This document shows positions 35,830-45,536 of a DNA stretch of 64,000 bases, in pieces. The stretch comes from an uncultured bacterium (GTDB taxonomy: Bacteria > Hydrothermota > UBA3073 > NMUJ01 > CBEVQO01). How positions within the stretch are numbered: the stretch's first letter is position 1; each line of letters starts with the position of its first letter. Position numbers and translations under genes: made by a program. Under the pieces are notes generated by a model that did no database searches, was not told the origin of the DNA, and saw only the letters and a program-made list of their open reading frames with translations. The DNA lies in assembly GCA_965552055.1 (NCBI GenBank), contig CBEVQO010000005.1:79597-143596 (forward strand), read 5' to 3'.

Positions 35830-36063
35830 TTATTCAAAGACTGCTTTTACTTCCTTTACTTCTGGGATTTCGTCTTTTATTCTCTTTTCGATAAAGCCTT
35901 TAAGTGTCATCTGAGCAAATGGGCATCCAGCGCATCTGCCTTTGAGACGCACAGTAACCACGCCTTCATCCGTTATTTCAACCAGTTCTACATCGCCTCC
36001 ATCTATCGCAAGATATGGCTTTATTTTATCAACAACATTCTGTACCCTTTCTCTATCAATCAT
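35830..36063 (-). CDS. NifU-like (Nfu-type) Fe-S cluster assembly domain protein
   Basis: LAIDGGDVELVEI...GRCAGCPFAQMTLKGFIEKRI matches the NifU C-terminal domain CxxC signature. Start at the ATG with an AGGAGG ribosome-binding site. Confidence 0.8.
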   Translation of the reverse strand: MIDRERVQNVVDKIKPYLAIDGGDVELVEITDEGVVTVRLKGRCAGCPFAQMTLKGFIEKRIKDEIPEVKEVKAVFE

Positions 36064-36490
36064 CTTTCCTCCTGTTAAAAAGTTTAGAAAAAGTGTCAAT
36101 TATTCTTTTTGCATGTTTAAAGCCTTCTTTTATCATCTCAACTCCAACTCCTCCCCTGTAATATCCCAAGATATGCAAATTTTCATGAACAACTCTTAAA
36201 GATGCCTGCAATTTGCCATTGTGGGGTGCTTTCTTAAGCCATTCCCAGTATTCATCATAAGAAGTAGGTAGCTTATCTTCCGGACAGCCTTTTGATAGGG
36301 CAAATGCATCGATTGCAAGTAATGCAGAGAGATAACCTATAGCACATGCCTCTTTTACAGGTTTCTCATCCGTATAAATCCCATATTTTATTTCAACATT
36401 TTTCAAAATCTCTTTTGCATTGTTGAAATAGCGATGCGACATCTCAATCGCCTCTTCAGCACTCGTTGGACGCTTAAATGCCTTCATCAT
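36056..36490 (-). CDS. Small helical protein, family X copy E (divergent subfamily; shares the LHxxGY(H/Y) core with A-D)
   Basis: 144 aa. KEACAIGYLSALLAIDAFAL...NLHILGYYRGG. Overlaps the NifU-like start by 8 nt. Confidence 0.5.
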   Translation of the reverse strand: MMKAFKRPTSAEEAIEMSHRYFNNAKEILKNVEIKYGIYTDEKPVKEACAIGYLSALLAIDAFALSKGCPEDKLPTSYDEYWEWLKKAPHNGKLQASLRVVHENLHILGYYRGGVGVEMIKEGFKHAKRIIDTFSKLFNRRKDD

Positions 36491-36936
36491 GGATTATAAT
36501 CTTCACGCTTCTTTTTTCTATCAAAAAGTTTGGAAAAAGTGTCGATTATTCTTTTTGCATGTTTAAAACCTTCTTTTATCATTTCAACTCCAACTCCTCC
36601 CCTGTAGTATCCAAAAATATGCAGATTTTCGTAAACAACTCTTAGAGATGCCTGCAATTTACCATTGTGGGGTGCTTTCTTAAGCCATTTCCAGTATTCA
36701 TCATAAGAAGTGGGTAGTTTGTCTTCCGGACAGCCTTTTGATAGGGCAAATGCGTCAATTGCGAGTAATGCAGAGAGATAACCTATAGCACATGCTTCTT
36801 TTACAGGTTTCTCATCCGTATAAATCCCATATTTTATTTCAACATTTTTCAAAATCTCTTTTGCATTGTTAAAATAGCGATGCGACATTTCAATCGCTTC
36901 TTTGGCGCTCGTTGGACGCTTAAATGCTTTCATCAC
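36487..36936 (-). CDS. Small helical protein, family X copy F (~96% identical to E)
   Basis: Tandem duplicate of E. Its stop overlaps the E start as ATGA. Confidence 0.5.
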   Translation of the reverse strand: MMKAFKRPTSAKEAIEMSHRYFNNAKEILKNVEIKYGIYTDEKPVKEACAIGYLSALLAIDAFALSKGCPEDKLPTSYDEYWKWLKKAPHNGKLQASLRVVYENLHIFGYYRGGVGVEMIKEGFKHAKRIIDTFSKLFDRKKKREDYNP

Positions 36937-36976
36937 GAATTATAATCAAAAAATGAATCTGTCAAGTTTTCAAAAA

Positions 36977-37555
36977 TTAAAATTTTATAACAGCAAGATG
37001 TCTGCCTGTTTTGCCTTTATCTCTTCTGTAAGAGAAAAATTTATCCGGATGCTCATAGGTGCACAATCCGGGATTGAAAACTTTAACGCCTATCCTTTTA
37101 AGCTTTTCCTCAATTCCTCCCCACAAATCAATGTCATAACAGTTAGGACAGATAGAGGGGCTTATCAGAGCAAATTCAGGTGCTGGCACTAATTTCAGCA
37201 TAGATTCAATGATGCCAGATTCAAAGCCACGCCTACCAATATGTAAAATGCCGATATACTCGGGATGATAAAGAAAAAGAGCAACACAATCTGCAACATA
37301 CACTCCAAGTGTTAAATCTTTTTTGAAAGTTATTAAACCATCGCCTTCTAAATCTTCTTTCTTATCCACAATTCTCACAATGTTGCTATGAATCTGCTTT
37401 AAAGTGATGAGATTTTCTTCACTTATGCCTATTTCTTTAAAATATCTTTTTCTATTTTCTTTCACATTTTCGGGTAAATCCCCAACATTAAAAGATAAAT
37501 TTAAACTTTCAAAATTTCCTTCGCTAACCCCTCCCATCCTTGTCGGAAAATACAT
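36977..37555 (-). CDS. YfiH/PgeF (DUF152, Cu-oxidase_4) family purine-nucleoside phosphorylase/laccase-domain protein
   Basis: MGGVSEGNFESLNLSFNVGD...HSNIV N-terminal signature and a conserved C-terminal Cys/His region. Confidence 0.7.
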   Translation of the reverse strand: MYFPTRMGGVSEGNFESLNLSFNVGDLPENVKENRKRYFKEIGISEENLITLKQIHSNIVRIVDKKEDLEGDGLITFKKDLTLGVYVADCVALFLYHPEYIGILHIGRRGFESGIIESMLKLVPAPEFALISPSICPNCYDIDLWGGIEEKLKRIGVKVFNPGLCTYEHPDKFFSYRRDKGKTGRHLAVIKF

Positions 37556-37592
37556 TTTTACATTTTTGTAAGAGAAGTAAAAAAGTAATAAT

Positions 37593-38309
37593 TTACCTTT
37601 TTGTAGCAATTGCATCTTTTATTCTTTTCTGTGCGAATTCGTAATATTGAGGCGAAATTTCGAATCCTATGAAATTTCTGCCAGTTTCAAGTGCAGCTAC
37701 TGCTGTTGTGCCAGAACCTATAAAGGGGTCGAGCACTATATCCCCCGGATTGCTCGAATACAAAATTAACTTTTTTACAAGCTCGAGAGGTAGTTTTGTT
37801 GCAGTTTTTATCTTGCCAGTCCAGTACTCTCTTTTCATAAAAATAACATCTTCGGGATAATGGTCAATCTTATTGAAAATATATTTTTTCGGATTCTTCA
37901 CTGCAAAAATTATATGATAATGACTTGTTACAAATTTTCGCCTTGTATAAACACCAAATTGATATTTCCATATCAGATGATTTATAACCGTTAATCCTGC
38001 ATCGTCCACTGCTATCAAAATATCTTTTAAATTAGTCCAGCCAGAAAAAATATAAATGCTACCTGTTTCTTTAAGAACTCTTTTGCATTCAAAAATCCAT
38101 TTTCTTGAAAATTCGAGATATTTCTCTTTGGGTATTTCATTGTAGTCTTCGAGCACTTTTTCTGCTTTTCTGTGATAATTTGAGCGCTTTGCTTTGAAAT
38201 CAATTGCAAAAGGCGGGTCTGTTATTACAAGGTCAATAGAATTATCCGGCAATTCTTTAAGAAGAATAAGGGCATCACCGCAATATATTTTATTCAACTC
38301 AAACATCAT
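37593..38309 (-). CDS. Beta-class DNA amino-methyltransferase (N6-adenine or N4-cytosine), apparently orphan
   Basis: Motif IV DPPF (LVITDPPFAIDF) lies near the N-terminus and motif I FIGSGTT near the C-terminus, which is the beta permutation. No restriction endonuclease candidate is adjacent. Confidence 0.85.
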   Translation of the reverse strand: MMFELNKIYCGDALILLKELPDNSIDLVITDPPFAIDFKAKRSNYHRKAEKVLEDYNEIPKEKYLEFSRKWIFECKRVLKETGSIYIFSGWTNLKDILIAVDDAGLTVINHLIWKYQFGVYTRRKFVTSHYHIIFAVKNPKKYIFNKIDHYPEDVIFMKREYWTGKIKTATKLPLELVKKLILYSSNPGDIVLDPFIGSGTTAVAALETGRNFIGFEISPQYYEFAQKRIKDAIATKR

Positions 38310-38546
38310 TTAAAATACTTAAATTATAACAATGTCAACAATTTTTAGCCTGCTCAACTCATATGTAATGCGTGCATTCCGTTTGTAATAGAATTTTAAA
38401 ATTTCGCTTGACATTTTCCGTTATCGATTATATAACTACGATGCAAACTTTGAGACATAACTTGCTTAATTGCATTTTAATGAAAAGAAGCACGGATATG
38501 AATAGGGAGGCGCAATTGCTTTAAATGTAAATAAAGGAGGTGTAAA

Positions 38547-39332
38547 ATGATGGGTGCAGTATTGTTGCAAATAGTGTGGATACTTTTAATTGGAGCGATT
38601 ACTGGCTTTCTGGCTACCTGGCTTGGAATTGGTGGATGCTTCTTAAGAATACCTATGATGATGGCGCTATTGGGCTTACCCATCAAAACGGCTTATGCAG
38701 TGAATATGGCTGTTATATCTATCGCCACAATACCAGGTGTAATTACGCATTACAGGATGAAGCATGTGTATAAAAAGGGATTCATTGTTGCTGCTATAGG
38801 AGCGGCAATAGGCGTGATAATCGGCACACAAATAGCAATGTATGTTCCATCAAGGACTCTCAAAATAATCTTCGGTATCGCATGTATTGGCGTCGGAATT
38901 TATATGACATATTCTTCCATAAAGGGTAAAGGAAAAATGCCTCCAAGAGTGACGGTTGACCAGGTCGAGAAGCTGGAGCATGGGCTGAAACTCGGTGGCT
39001 TTATGTTTTTGGCTGGTATAGCAACCGGTCTTTGTGGCTTCGGTGGAGGCATTTACTACATGCCTATTTTTAATGCGTTAGGTTATCCAATGCATATCGC
39101 TATAGGCACATCTTCAACTCAGATGATACCTGTTGCAGCAATTGGTGCAACGAACTTGACGATACATGGTTTCCAGAACTGGTTCTATGTTCTAACAATT
39201 GGACTTGTGACAATGTTTTTCTCATGGTTAGGAGCACGAGCTACAAAGATAATGAAGGCATGGGTCTTGAGAGGAATATTTGGAGTCCTCATAGGACTTG
39301 TTGGACTTTCTGTTGCCATAGGATTAATTTAA
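38547..39332 (+). CDS. TauE/SafE-family (sulfite exporter-like) membrane protein
   Basis: Two internal repeats, each with a Gly-rich motif (GIGGCFLRIP..., GFGGGIYYMP...), and 7-8 TM helices. AGGAGG ribosome-binding site. Confidence 0.75.
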   Translation: MMGAVLLQIVWILLIGAITGFLATWLGIGGCFLRIPMMMALLGLPIKTAYAVNMAVISIATIPGVITHYRMKHVYKKGFIVAAIGAAIGVIIGTQIAMYVPSRTLKIIFGIACIGVGIYMTYSSIKGKGKMPPRVTVDQVEKLEHGLKLGGFMFLAGIATGLCGFGGGIYYMPIFNALGYPMHIAIGTSSTQMIPVAAIGATNLTIHGFQNWFYVLTIGLVTMFFSWLGARATKIMKAWVLRGIFGVLIGLVGLSVAIGLI

Positions 39333-39835
39333 ATTGTCAGATAAATTTAAATTTACCAAATGATAAGGAAAGCAAAAGATGATGGAGCGGATTTTTATTT
39401 TTGTCGGCAGTTCGACTCGAAGAAAAATCAAAAAAAGATATGCGAGAGATATAGGATTAGAAATAAAATTATTCCTCTATGAAAAAGCCAAGATGGAAAT
39501 TCACTTTATATCTGACCGCCATAGAATGAAGAATGCTATCTTGAAAAATGTGATATAGAACAGCAATTTGAAATTACCCATCAGGTATCCTGTTTAACGC
39601 ATGGACATCTACGCTCACAGATGGCATGCGGAATCTATGTCCAACTTGGAATTAATCTACTTAAGGGCATGACTCACAGAGAGGCATACGAAAAGGAGAA
39701 TTCTGAAATATGATATATCAAAATTAAAAGGAGGAGCTCATAAAATCAGATGGTTATGTAGTCAATACACTGGAAGCAAGTTTATGGTGTTTTTTAAATA
39801 ATGATTCATATGAAAATACGGTACTGGTAGCAGTA

Positions 39836-41629
39836 TTACTCTGGCTTAACTACTGCTTTTATGATGTTTTCCGGCACTTCGTGTTTGCGCAAAAATTCTT
39901 CCCTTTCTTTTTTCATCCTCTGCACCCATTCTCTGTATTCATTTAATCTCCCTTTCTTCTCGTAATATAGTCTGGGCTCAAGTATCTCTGCTGGTACTCT
40001 TTCGAGTAGCCATGCATTTTCAGGTGCATTAACATCTGGTATTTCATAGCCAAAATCCGGGTCTTTCTTCCATTTTATTTTATCTAAAATCATTGCTTCA
40101 AGCATCGAAGAGGAATGTCTTATTTTTACTTTTAGTGCTTCGCCTCGTTTCTCATCGAGTTCATCACCACCGATATATCCCGTATTCATCATCCACACTG
40201 TTAATTTTGGTAATTTTTTAAGGAGTTCTGAGAATCTCTCTGCCTGCAAGCGATGTACTCTTGGGAAAAACGGCTGGGTAAATGGTGACCTTTCTTTTCC
40301 TCTTTCTTTGCCTGCTGCTGATGTCTTTGTTGTTTCACCGAGCATAAAGTATCCTGCTGCCTGTTCGGGTGATGTAAAGCGAACAATACCGGGTGTCGCA
40401 GCATCTCTTCCCTCATCACGATTCAAAATCCCGAGAAACCTTAAAGGAGGCACCTTCCTTGGGTCTGCTGCATTTTCGATAACTCTCATAGGAATGATTG
40501 ACCTGCCGTTTTGTGTCCACACAACAAAATCCCAGCCATCTTTCGGAACATTGTATTTGTCAACAATTTCTTCAAGCTTGACTTCTCCTTTTATATAACT
40601 TTCCACATTTTCCGGAGGTGCACCGGTTTTTATAAGTGTATCGCTCCAGACCGCTACTTCTTCTCTTGATAAAATTTGTTTTGAAAAATCAAAAGTTCCA
40701 TCTGGTTTCATGAATACATTTTCAACCCATGCATCAGGATGTGTTGTTCCCTTGTAAATGATTGGCTCAGATTCAGGTGTTAATCCAAAGGTCTTTGCGA
40801 AGCATCCATTTTCGGTAATGGTAATTTTACCATCCGGCCATATACAAATCATATCGTCCTGAAGAGGCTGTGTTAATTCTCCCTGCTTTGAAAATGTGGT
40901 TGTGGTTTTTCCTGTGCCTGACAGTCCAAGTACTGCGAGCATTACGCTCTCGCCTTTCGCATGAACAACTTTTGCACCAGCATGAAGAACCAATCCACCT
41001 TTCTGATAAACATATTCGTTTAACATCCTTAATAAACCTTTCTTACTTTCCCCAAAGTAATCTGCATATAAAACATGATGCGACCAGTTTTCAAGGTCAA
41101 CTATCATCGCCTGATTCCCTGGCATATCTTCGAGATATAAACCAGATGTAAATACCAGTCTAAATAAAGGCTTGAATGGCTTTTTAAGCATGTCAGGGGG
41201 TTCTACCATTTCCCTTGGGAAAAGCAAAACCTGTTGCATACCCGCTACATTGGCGCATTCAAAAGTATAAAAGCACTGACAGGGAACAGCATAGTCATAT
41301 TCAAGCCCAAGATAACCATGTATTTCAATTACTACTCCCTGTTTTTCGACAAATTCCTTTTGACGATTTAACAATTCCTGTGCCTTATCGGGATTTATGA
41401 TTTTATGGGAGTAAAGATGTGCATCTTCTTCTGGTGCGATTATGTAAGTATATTTTGCCATCCTTGCTTTGTTTTTCGTTATTTTATTAACATTGCCGTA
41501 TGCCGTGATGAATGTCGCAGGAGTGTACTTCAATGCTATTTTTCTTATTTCCCTCTGGCTCGGATTCTCAATATATTTGACATTGAAAGGTTTTAAATTT
41601 TCGTAAGCTTTTTTCCTTTCCCACATCAC
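39836..41629 (-). CDS. pckA: Phosphoenolpyruvate carboxykinase (ATP-dependent)
   Basis: GLSGTGKTT kinase-1a motif, and YADYFGESKKGLLRMLNEYVYQKGGLVLHAG corresponds to the PckA YAGEMKKG...MHCSAN region. AGGAG ribosome-binding site. Confidence 0.9.
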   Translation of the reverse strand: MMWERKKAYENLKPFNVKYIENPSQREIRKIALKYTPATFITAYGNVNKITKNKARMAKYTYIIAPEEDAHLYSHKIINPDKAQELLNRQKEFVEKQGVVIEIHGYLGLEYDYAVPCQCFYTFECANVAGMQQVLLFPREMVEPPDMLKKPFKPLFRLVFTSGLYLEDMPGNQAMIVDLENWSHHVLYADYFGESKKGLLRMLNEYVYQKGGLVLHAGAKVVHAKGESVMLAVLGLSGTGKTTTTFSKQGELTQPLQDDMICIWPDGKITITENGCFAKTFGLTPESEPIIYKGTTHPDAWVENVFMKPDGTFDFSKQILSREEVAVWSDTLIKTGAPPENVESYIKGEVKLEEIVDKYNVPKDGWDFVVWTQNGRSIIPMRVIENAADPRKVPPLRFLGILNRDEGRDAATPGIVRFTSPEQAAGYFMLGETTKTSAAGKERGKERSPFTQPFFPRVHRLQAERFSELLKKLPKLTVWMMNTGYIGGDELDEKRGEALKVKIRHSSSMLEAMILDKIKWKKDPDFGYEIPDVNAPENAWLLERVPAEILEPRLYYEKKGRLNEYREWVQRMKKEREEFLRKHEVPENIIKAVVKPE

Positions 41630-41730
41630 TCTCTCCTTTTTACTAATTTAATCAAAATACAGCATTGTCAACTATTTTTATTGACAAACTGAAATTATCA
41701 GTAAAAATTAATAGTAAAAAGGAGGGAGAT

Positions 41731-42975
41731 ATGGCAAGAATATCTCCTGCTGAAATGGCTAAAAAGCAATTAGAAAAAGCAGCAAAGATTATGAAACTTG
41801 ACCCAAATTTGCTCGAAATATTAAAACATCCTAAGCGAGTAGTAGAAGTATCAATCCCTGTGAGAATGGATGATGGCTCAATAAAAGTATTCACAGGTTA
41901 TAGATGTCAGTATAACGATTTCAGGGGACCCTTTAAAGGGGGTATTCGCTTTCATCCCGATGTAACAAAAGAAGAAGTTATAGCACTTGCTGCTTGGATG
42001 ACTTGGAAGTGTGCAGTTATAGATATTCCTTTTGGAGGAGGAAAGGGAGGAATAAAATGTGACCCCACGAAACTCTCTTTAAGGGAATTGGAAAGGTTAA
42101 CGAGGCGCTTCACTTATACTTTGATGCCGTTACTCGGACCTTCAATTGATATACCTGCTCCAGATGTATTTACCGATGAAAAGACCATGGCTTGGATAAT
42201 GGATACTTTTAGTGTATTTCAGGGACAAACAGAACCTGGTGTTGTAACAGGTAAATCACGCACAATAGGGGGCTCAGTAGGAAGGAGGGAAGCCACGGGT
42301 AGAGGTGTTGCTATCTGCACAAGGGAGATAATGAAATTATATGGAGATGATATAAAAGGAAAAACCGTAGCAGTGCAGGGATTCGGAAATGTCGGCTCTT
42401 ATGCATCAAAATATTTATCCGAAATGGGAGCAAAAATAATAGCTGTAACGGATATCACAGGTGGAGTTTATGACGAGAATGGATTGAATATTCCAGAATT
42501 GATGGAATATGTAAAAGAAAAGAAAGGTGTTAGAGGATTTACAAAAAAATCAATAACAAATGAAGAACTATTCAAACTTGATGCCGATATAATAGTCCCT
42601 GCTGCACTAGAATGTGTTATAACAGAAGAAAATATGAAAGATATAAAAGCAAAATACATTTCCGAAGGAGCAAATGGTCCCACAACACCTGAAGCAGATG
42701 AATACCTTTACAAAAATGGCAAAATAATAATTCCAGATATTCTGGCAAATTCAGGGGGTGTGCTTGTCAGTTATTTTGAATGGGTGCAGGATAGAATGAG
42801 CTTTTACTGGTCTGAAGAAGAAGTTTTCGCAAGAATGGAAGATAAAATAAAAAAAGCAGTAAAAGAAGTTTATGAAACAGCAAAAGAATACAATACAGAT
42901 TTAAGAACAGGTGCATATATACTTGCAATAAAAAGAGTAGCAGATGCTTATTATGAAAGAGGTCTATTCCCATAA
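41731..42975 (+). CDS. gdhA: Glutamate dehydrogenase
   Basis: KGGIRFHP substrate-binding motif and the GFGNVG Rossmann motif. Start at the ATG after the AAAGGAGGG ribosome-binding site (the ORF-track start at 41665 is too far upstream). Confidence 0.9.
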   Translation: MARISPAEMAKKQLEKAAKIMKLDPNLLEILKHPKRVVEVSIPVRMDDGSIKVFTGYRCQYNDFRGPFKGGIRFHPDVTKEEVIALAAWMTWKCAVIDIPFGGGKGGIKCDPTKLSLRELERLTRRFTYTLMPLLGPSIDIPAPDVFTDEKTMAWIMDTFSVFQGQTEPGVVTGKSRTIGGSVGRREATGRGVAICTREIMKLYGDDIKGKTVAVQGFGNVGSYASKYLSEMGAKIIAVTDITGGVYDENGLNIPELMEYVKEKKGVRGFTKKSITNEELFKLDADIIVPAALECVITEENMKDIKAKYISEGANGPTTPEADEYLYKNGKIIIPDILANSGGVLVSYFEWVQDRMSFYWSEEEVFARMEDKIKKAVKEVYETAKEYNTDLRTGAYILAIKRVADAYYERGLFP

Positions 42976-44341
42976 ACTTTCGGAACTGAGGTTAGTTGCA
43001 AGGGAATTAATGAAAAATTTGAAGAAAAAAGTTTATTACGGGGATTTGCGTCTTGAATACAGGAAAGTATTATCTTTTAAAGTATCGGAAAAGGGAGTTG
43101 ATTCTCTTACACTCGAAGAAAGGGTATCCGGAGGCGTAAGGGTGTGGAAAGGTGCTTTTTCTTTTGCTTCTTTTGATTCACTGGAGAAAATAGCAGAGTC
43201 AATAGAATCGGCGATAAGTTTATCAAAATTATATTGTGAAGATAAAAAATTAACAATTGCTGAAAAAGTCGAAGGAGAATTCTATTATCCGGTGGAGAAA
43301 AATCCAGCAGAAGTTTCAGATGGCGAGAAAAAAGAATTGTTTAAAAAATGGGTAAACATAGCACTCGAAGAGATGAATGTAAAATCTGCCATTATAAATT
43401 ATATCGAAATACATTCTGTAAGAGTTTTCGCAAATACCGAAGGCTCTTTGATTTCACAAATATCACCTTACATAATTGCTTACGGTAGTATAACCGCAGA
43501 AAAAGAGAATATAAAAGAGACTATTTATTGCTATTCATGTAAAAGGGATTTCAATAAATTCAAAGATGAAATGGAAAAAGAAATCAGAGATAAATCTGGC
43601 TATGTAAATAAACTCGTACTTTATCCAAGGGTTAGAACAGGCATTTATGATATTGTCATCGACCCTGATATTTCCGGCACATTCGCGCATGAAGCATTCG
43701 GACACCTTGCGGAAGCAGATTTCCATTATCAAAATAAGGAAATGCAAAAAGTTTTTAAGAAAGGAAGGAAAATTGGTAATGAAATGATAAGCATAGTTGA
43801 TGATGGCTCCGATATTGCTTATTTCGGTGGATACTACTTCGATGACGAAGGCGTAAAGCCAGAGAAAACTTATCTTATGAAAAATGGAGAAATAACAGGT
43901 AGATTACATACCATCGAGACAGCAACCATAATGGGTGAAAAACCAACGGGAAATGGAAGGATAACGGACGCTCGCTTCCCACCTGTAGCCAGAATGTCCA
44001 TAACCTATATTGAACCTGGCAAAGATAAAAAAGAAGATTTGATAGCGAGTATAAAAAATGGATTCTACTGCGAAGGAGCAGCAGGAGGATGGACAGAATT
44101 CACAACTTTTACTTTCACTCCATTAAAAGTTTATAAAGTTGAGGATGGAAAAATAAAATATCCTGTAAGAGGTGTATCTTTGCAGGGTGATATTTTTGAG
44201 ACATTGAAGAATGTAAGGGGTGTTAGCAGTGAGCTGCGATTTGTAGATGGCTGGTGCGGTAAAGATGAGCAATATCCCTTACCCATTAGCTGGGGTGGAC
44301 CTTATCTTTTGATAGAAAAGGTGAGAATAAGTGGCGATTGA
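42953..44341 (+). CDS. tldD: TldD-family metallopeptidase
   Basis: HEAFGHLAE (HExxxH) motif and a Gly-rich GGGxxxG C-terminal region. Start uncertain (42944 or 42953). Confidence 0.8.
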   Translation: MKEVYSHKLSELRLVARELMKNLKKKVYYGDLRLEYRKVLSFKVSEKGVDSLTLEERVSGGVRVWKGAFSFASFDSLEKIAESIESAISLSKLYCEDKKLTIAEKVEGEFYYPVEKNPAEVSDGEKKELFKKWVNIALEEMNVKSAIINYIEIHSVRVFANTEGSLISQISPYIIAYGSITAEKENIKETIYCYSCKRDFNKFKDEMEKEIRDKSGYVNKLVLYPRVRTGIYDIVIDPDISGTFAHEAFGHLAEADFHYQNKEMQKVFKKGRKIGNEMISIVDDGSDIAYFGGYYFDDEGVKPEKTYLMKNGEITGRLHTIETATIMGEKPTGNGRITDARFPPVARMSITYIEPGKDKKEDLIASIKNGFYCEGAAGGWTEFTTFTFTPLKVYKVEDGKIKYPVRGVSLQGDIFETLKNVRGVSSELRFVDGWCGKDEQYPLPISWGGPYLLIEKVRISGD

Positions 44342-45536
44342 TATAGAAATAAAAAGAGAAGAAGTAAAATCAATAAGATTGTCTTTTTCTGATAAAAAAT
44401 TGATAAATTGCGAGAGAAGAATTGCGAAAGTGATAACTGTTAGATTAAGTGATGAGAAAAAAAGTGTGATAGTAAGCGGAAGTTTGCCAGAGCAGGAGCT
44501 GATATTGAGGGCAAGAAATCTTTTGAAATACGGAGAAGAAAGAGATTTTGAACTATCACCTGCTCAAACGATTTCAGAAAAAATGCAATTTAAAGAACCA
44601 GACATTAAAAGAATTTGCGAAAAAATAAGAGAAATTATGCCAGAAAATCTATCATCCGAATTATTCTTTGAAATAGGAGATGTAAGCGTAAATCATGAAA
44701 ATACAAAAGGTTTTTCAGGTGAATACTCAAAAAGATACTATTCTATATCTTTCTCGATTCCAGTGGAACACGAAGGAGAAATAATTTTTCTGAATTACTC
44801 GGATATTTCTACTGCCGATAATTCCAGAGAAATCATAAAAGAATTGTTGAAAGAATATGAAAGTTTTCCAAAGAAAAGAGAAAAAGAACCTGCTAATTTG
44901 CCTGTTGTTTTGCATCCGGATGCTGTTTCAGACTTAATCAAAATGTGCACTTATTTTGCAAGGGGTGAGTATATACACAAATGTGTGAGTCCTTTTTGTG
45001 ATAAATTAGGAGAAAAGATATTTTCCGGGGAATTGACAATTGAGCATATACCTGATGATAAAAATTTCGCAGGATGGCGTCCTTTTGACGATGAGTGTAC
45101 ACCAACAAAGAGATTTAAGTTTATAGAAAAAGGTGTATTGAGGAATTTATTTTTATCGCGAAAGAGTGCAAAAAAGTTATCCCTTGAACCAAATGGGTGC
45201 GCTATATTCGGAGAATCACCGTTTTTCAGAATTGAAGAGACAGCACTTGCTCTGGATGTTTATCCAGGTAAAAATTTATTAACTTCATTAAAAGATTTTA
45301 TTTTGATAAGAGATGCATCTTTTGATATTTATCCAACAGGTGAATTCGTGGCAGATTGCATACTTGCATATCTTTACAGGAAAGGCAAAAAAGAAAAATA
45401 TTTGAGAAGCTTCCAGATAGCTGGAAACATTTTCGATATACTTGGTAAAAATTTAATCTTTTTGAGCAAGAAAAGAATAAGAATAGGAAATATAATAGCT
45501 CCCTATATTGGTTTTTCAGGTGTAAAAATTATATAA
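44331..45536 (+). CDS. PmbA/TldE-like partner of TldD (no HExxH)
   Basis: Same-family fold but lacking the metal-binding motif. Adjacent to and overlapping tldD, as in characterised TldD/TldE pairs. Confidence 0.6.
   Translation: MAIDIEIKREEVKSIRLSFSDKKLINCERRIAKVITVRLSDEKKSVIVSGSLPEQELILRARNLLKYGEERDFELSPAQTISEKMQFKEPDIKRICEKIREIMPENLSSELFFEIGDVSVNHENTKGFSGEYSKRYYSISFSIPVEHEGEIIFLNYSDISTADNSREIIKELLKEYESFPKKREKEPANLPVVLHPDAVSDLIKMCTYFARGEYIHKCVSPFCDKLGEKIFSGELTIEHIPDDKNFAGWRPFDDECTPTKRFKFIEKGVLRNLFLSRKSAKKLSLEPNGCAIFGESPFFRIEETALALDVYPGKNLLTSLKDFILIRDASFDIYPTGEFVADCILAYLYRKGKKEKYLRSFQIAGNIFDILGKNLIFLSKKRIRIGNIIAPYIGFSGVKII

Noticed and set aside
39395-39440. tRNA-like T-loop (GCAGTTCGACTCG)
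   Set aside because: No complementary T-stem, acceptor stem or anticodon arm can be formed, so this is chance similarity to GTTCGAATC.
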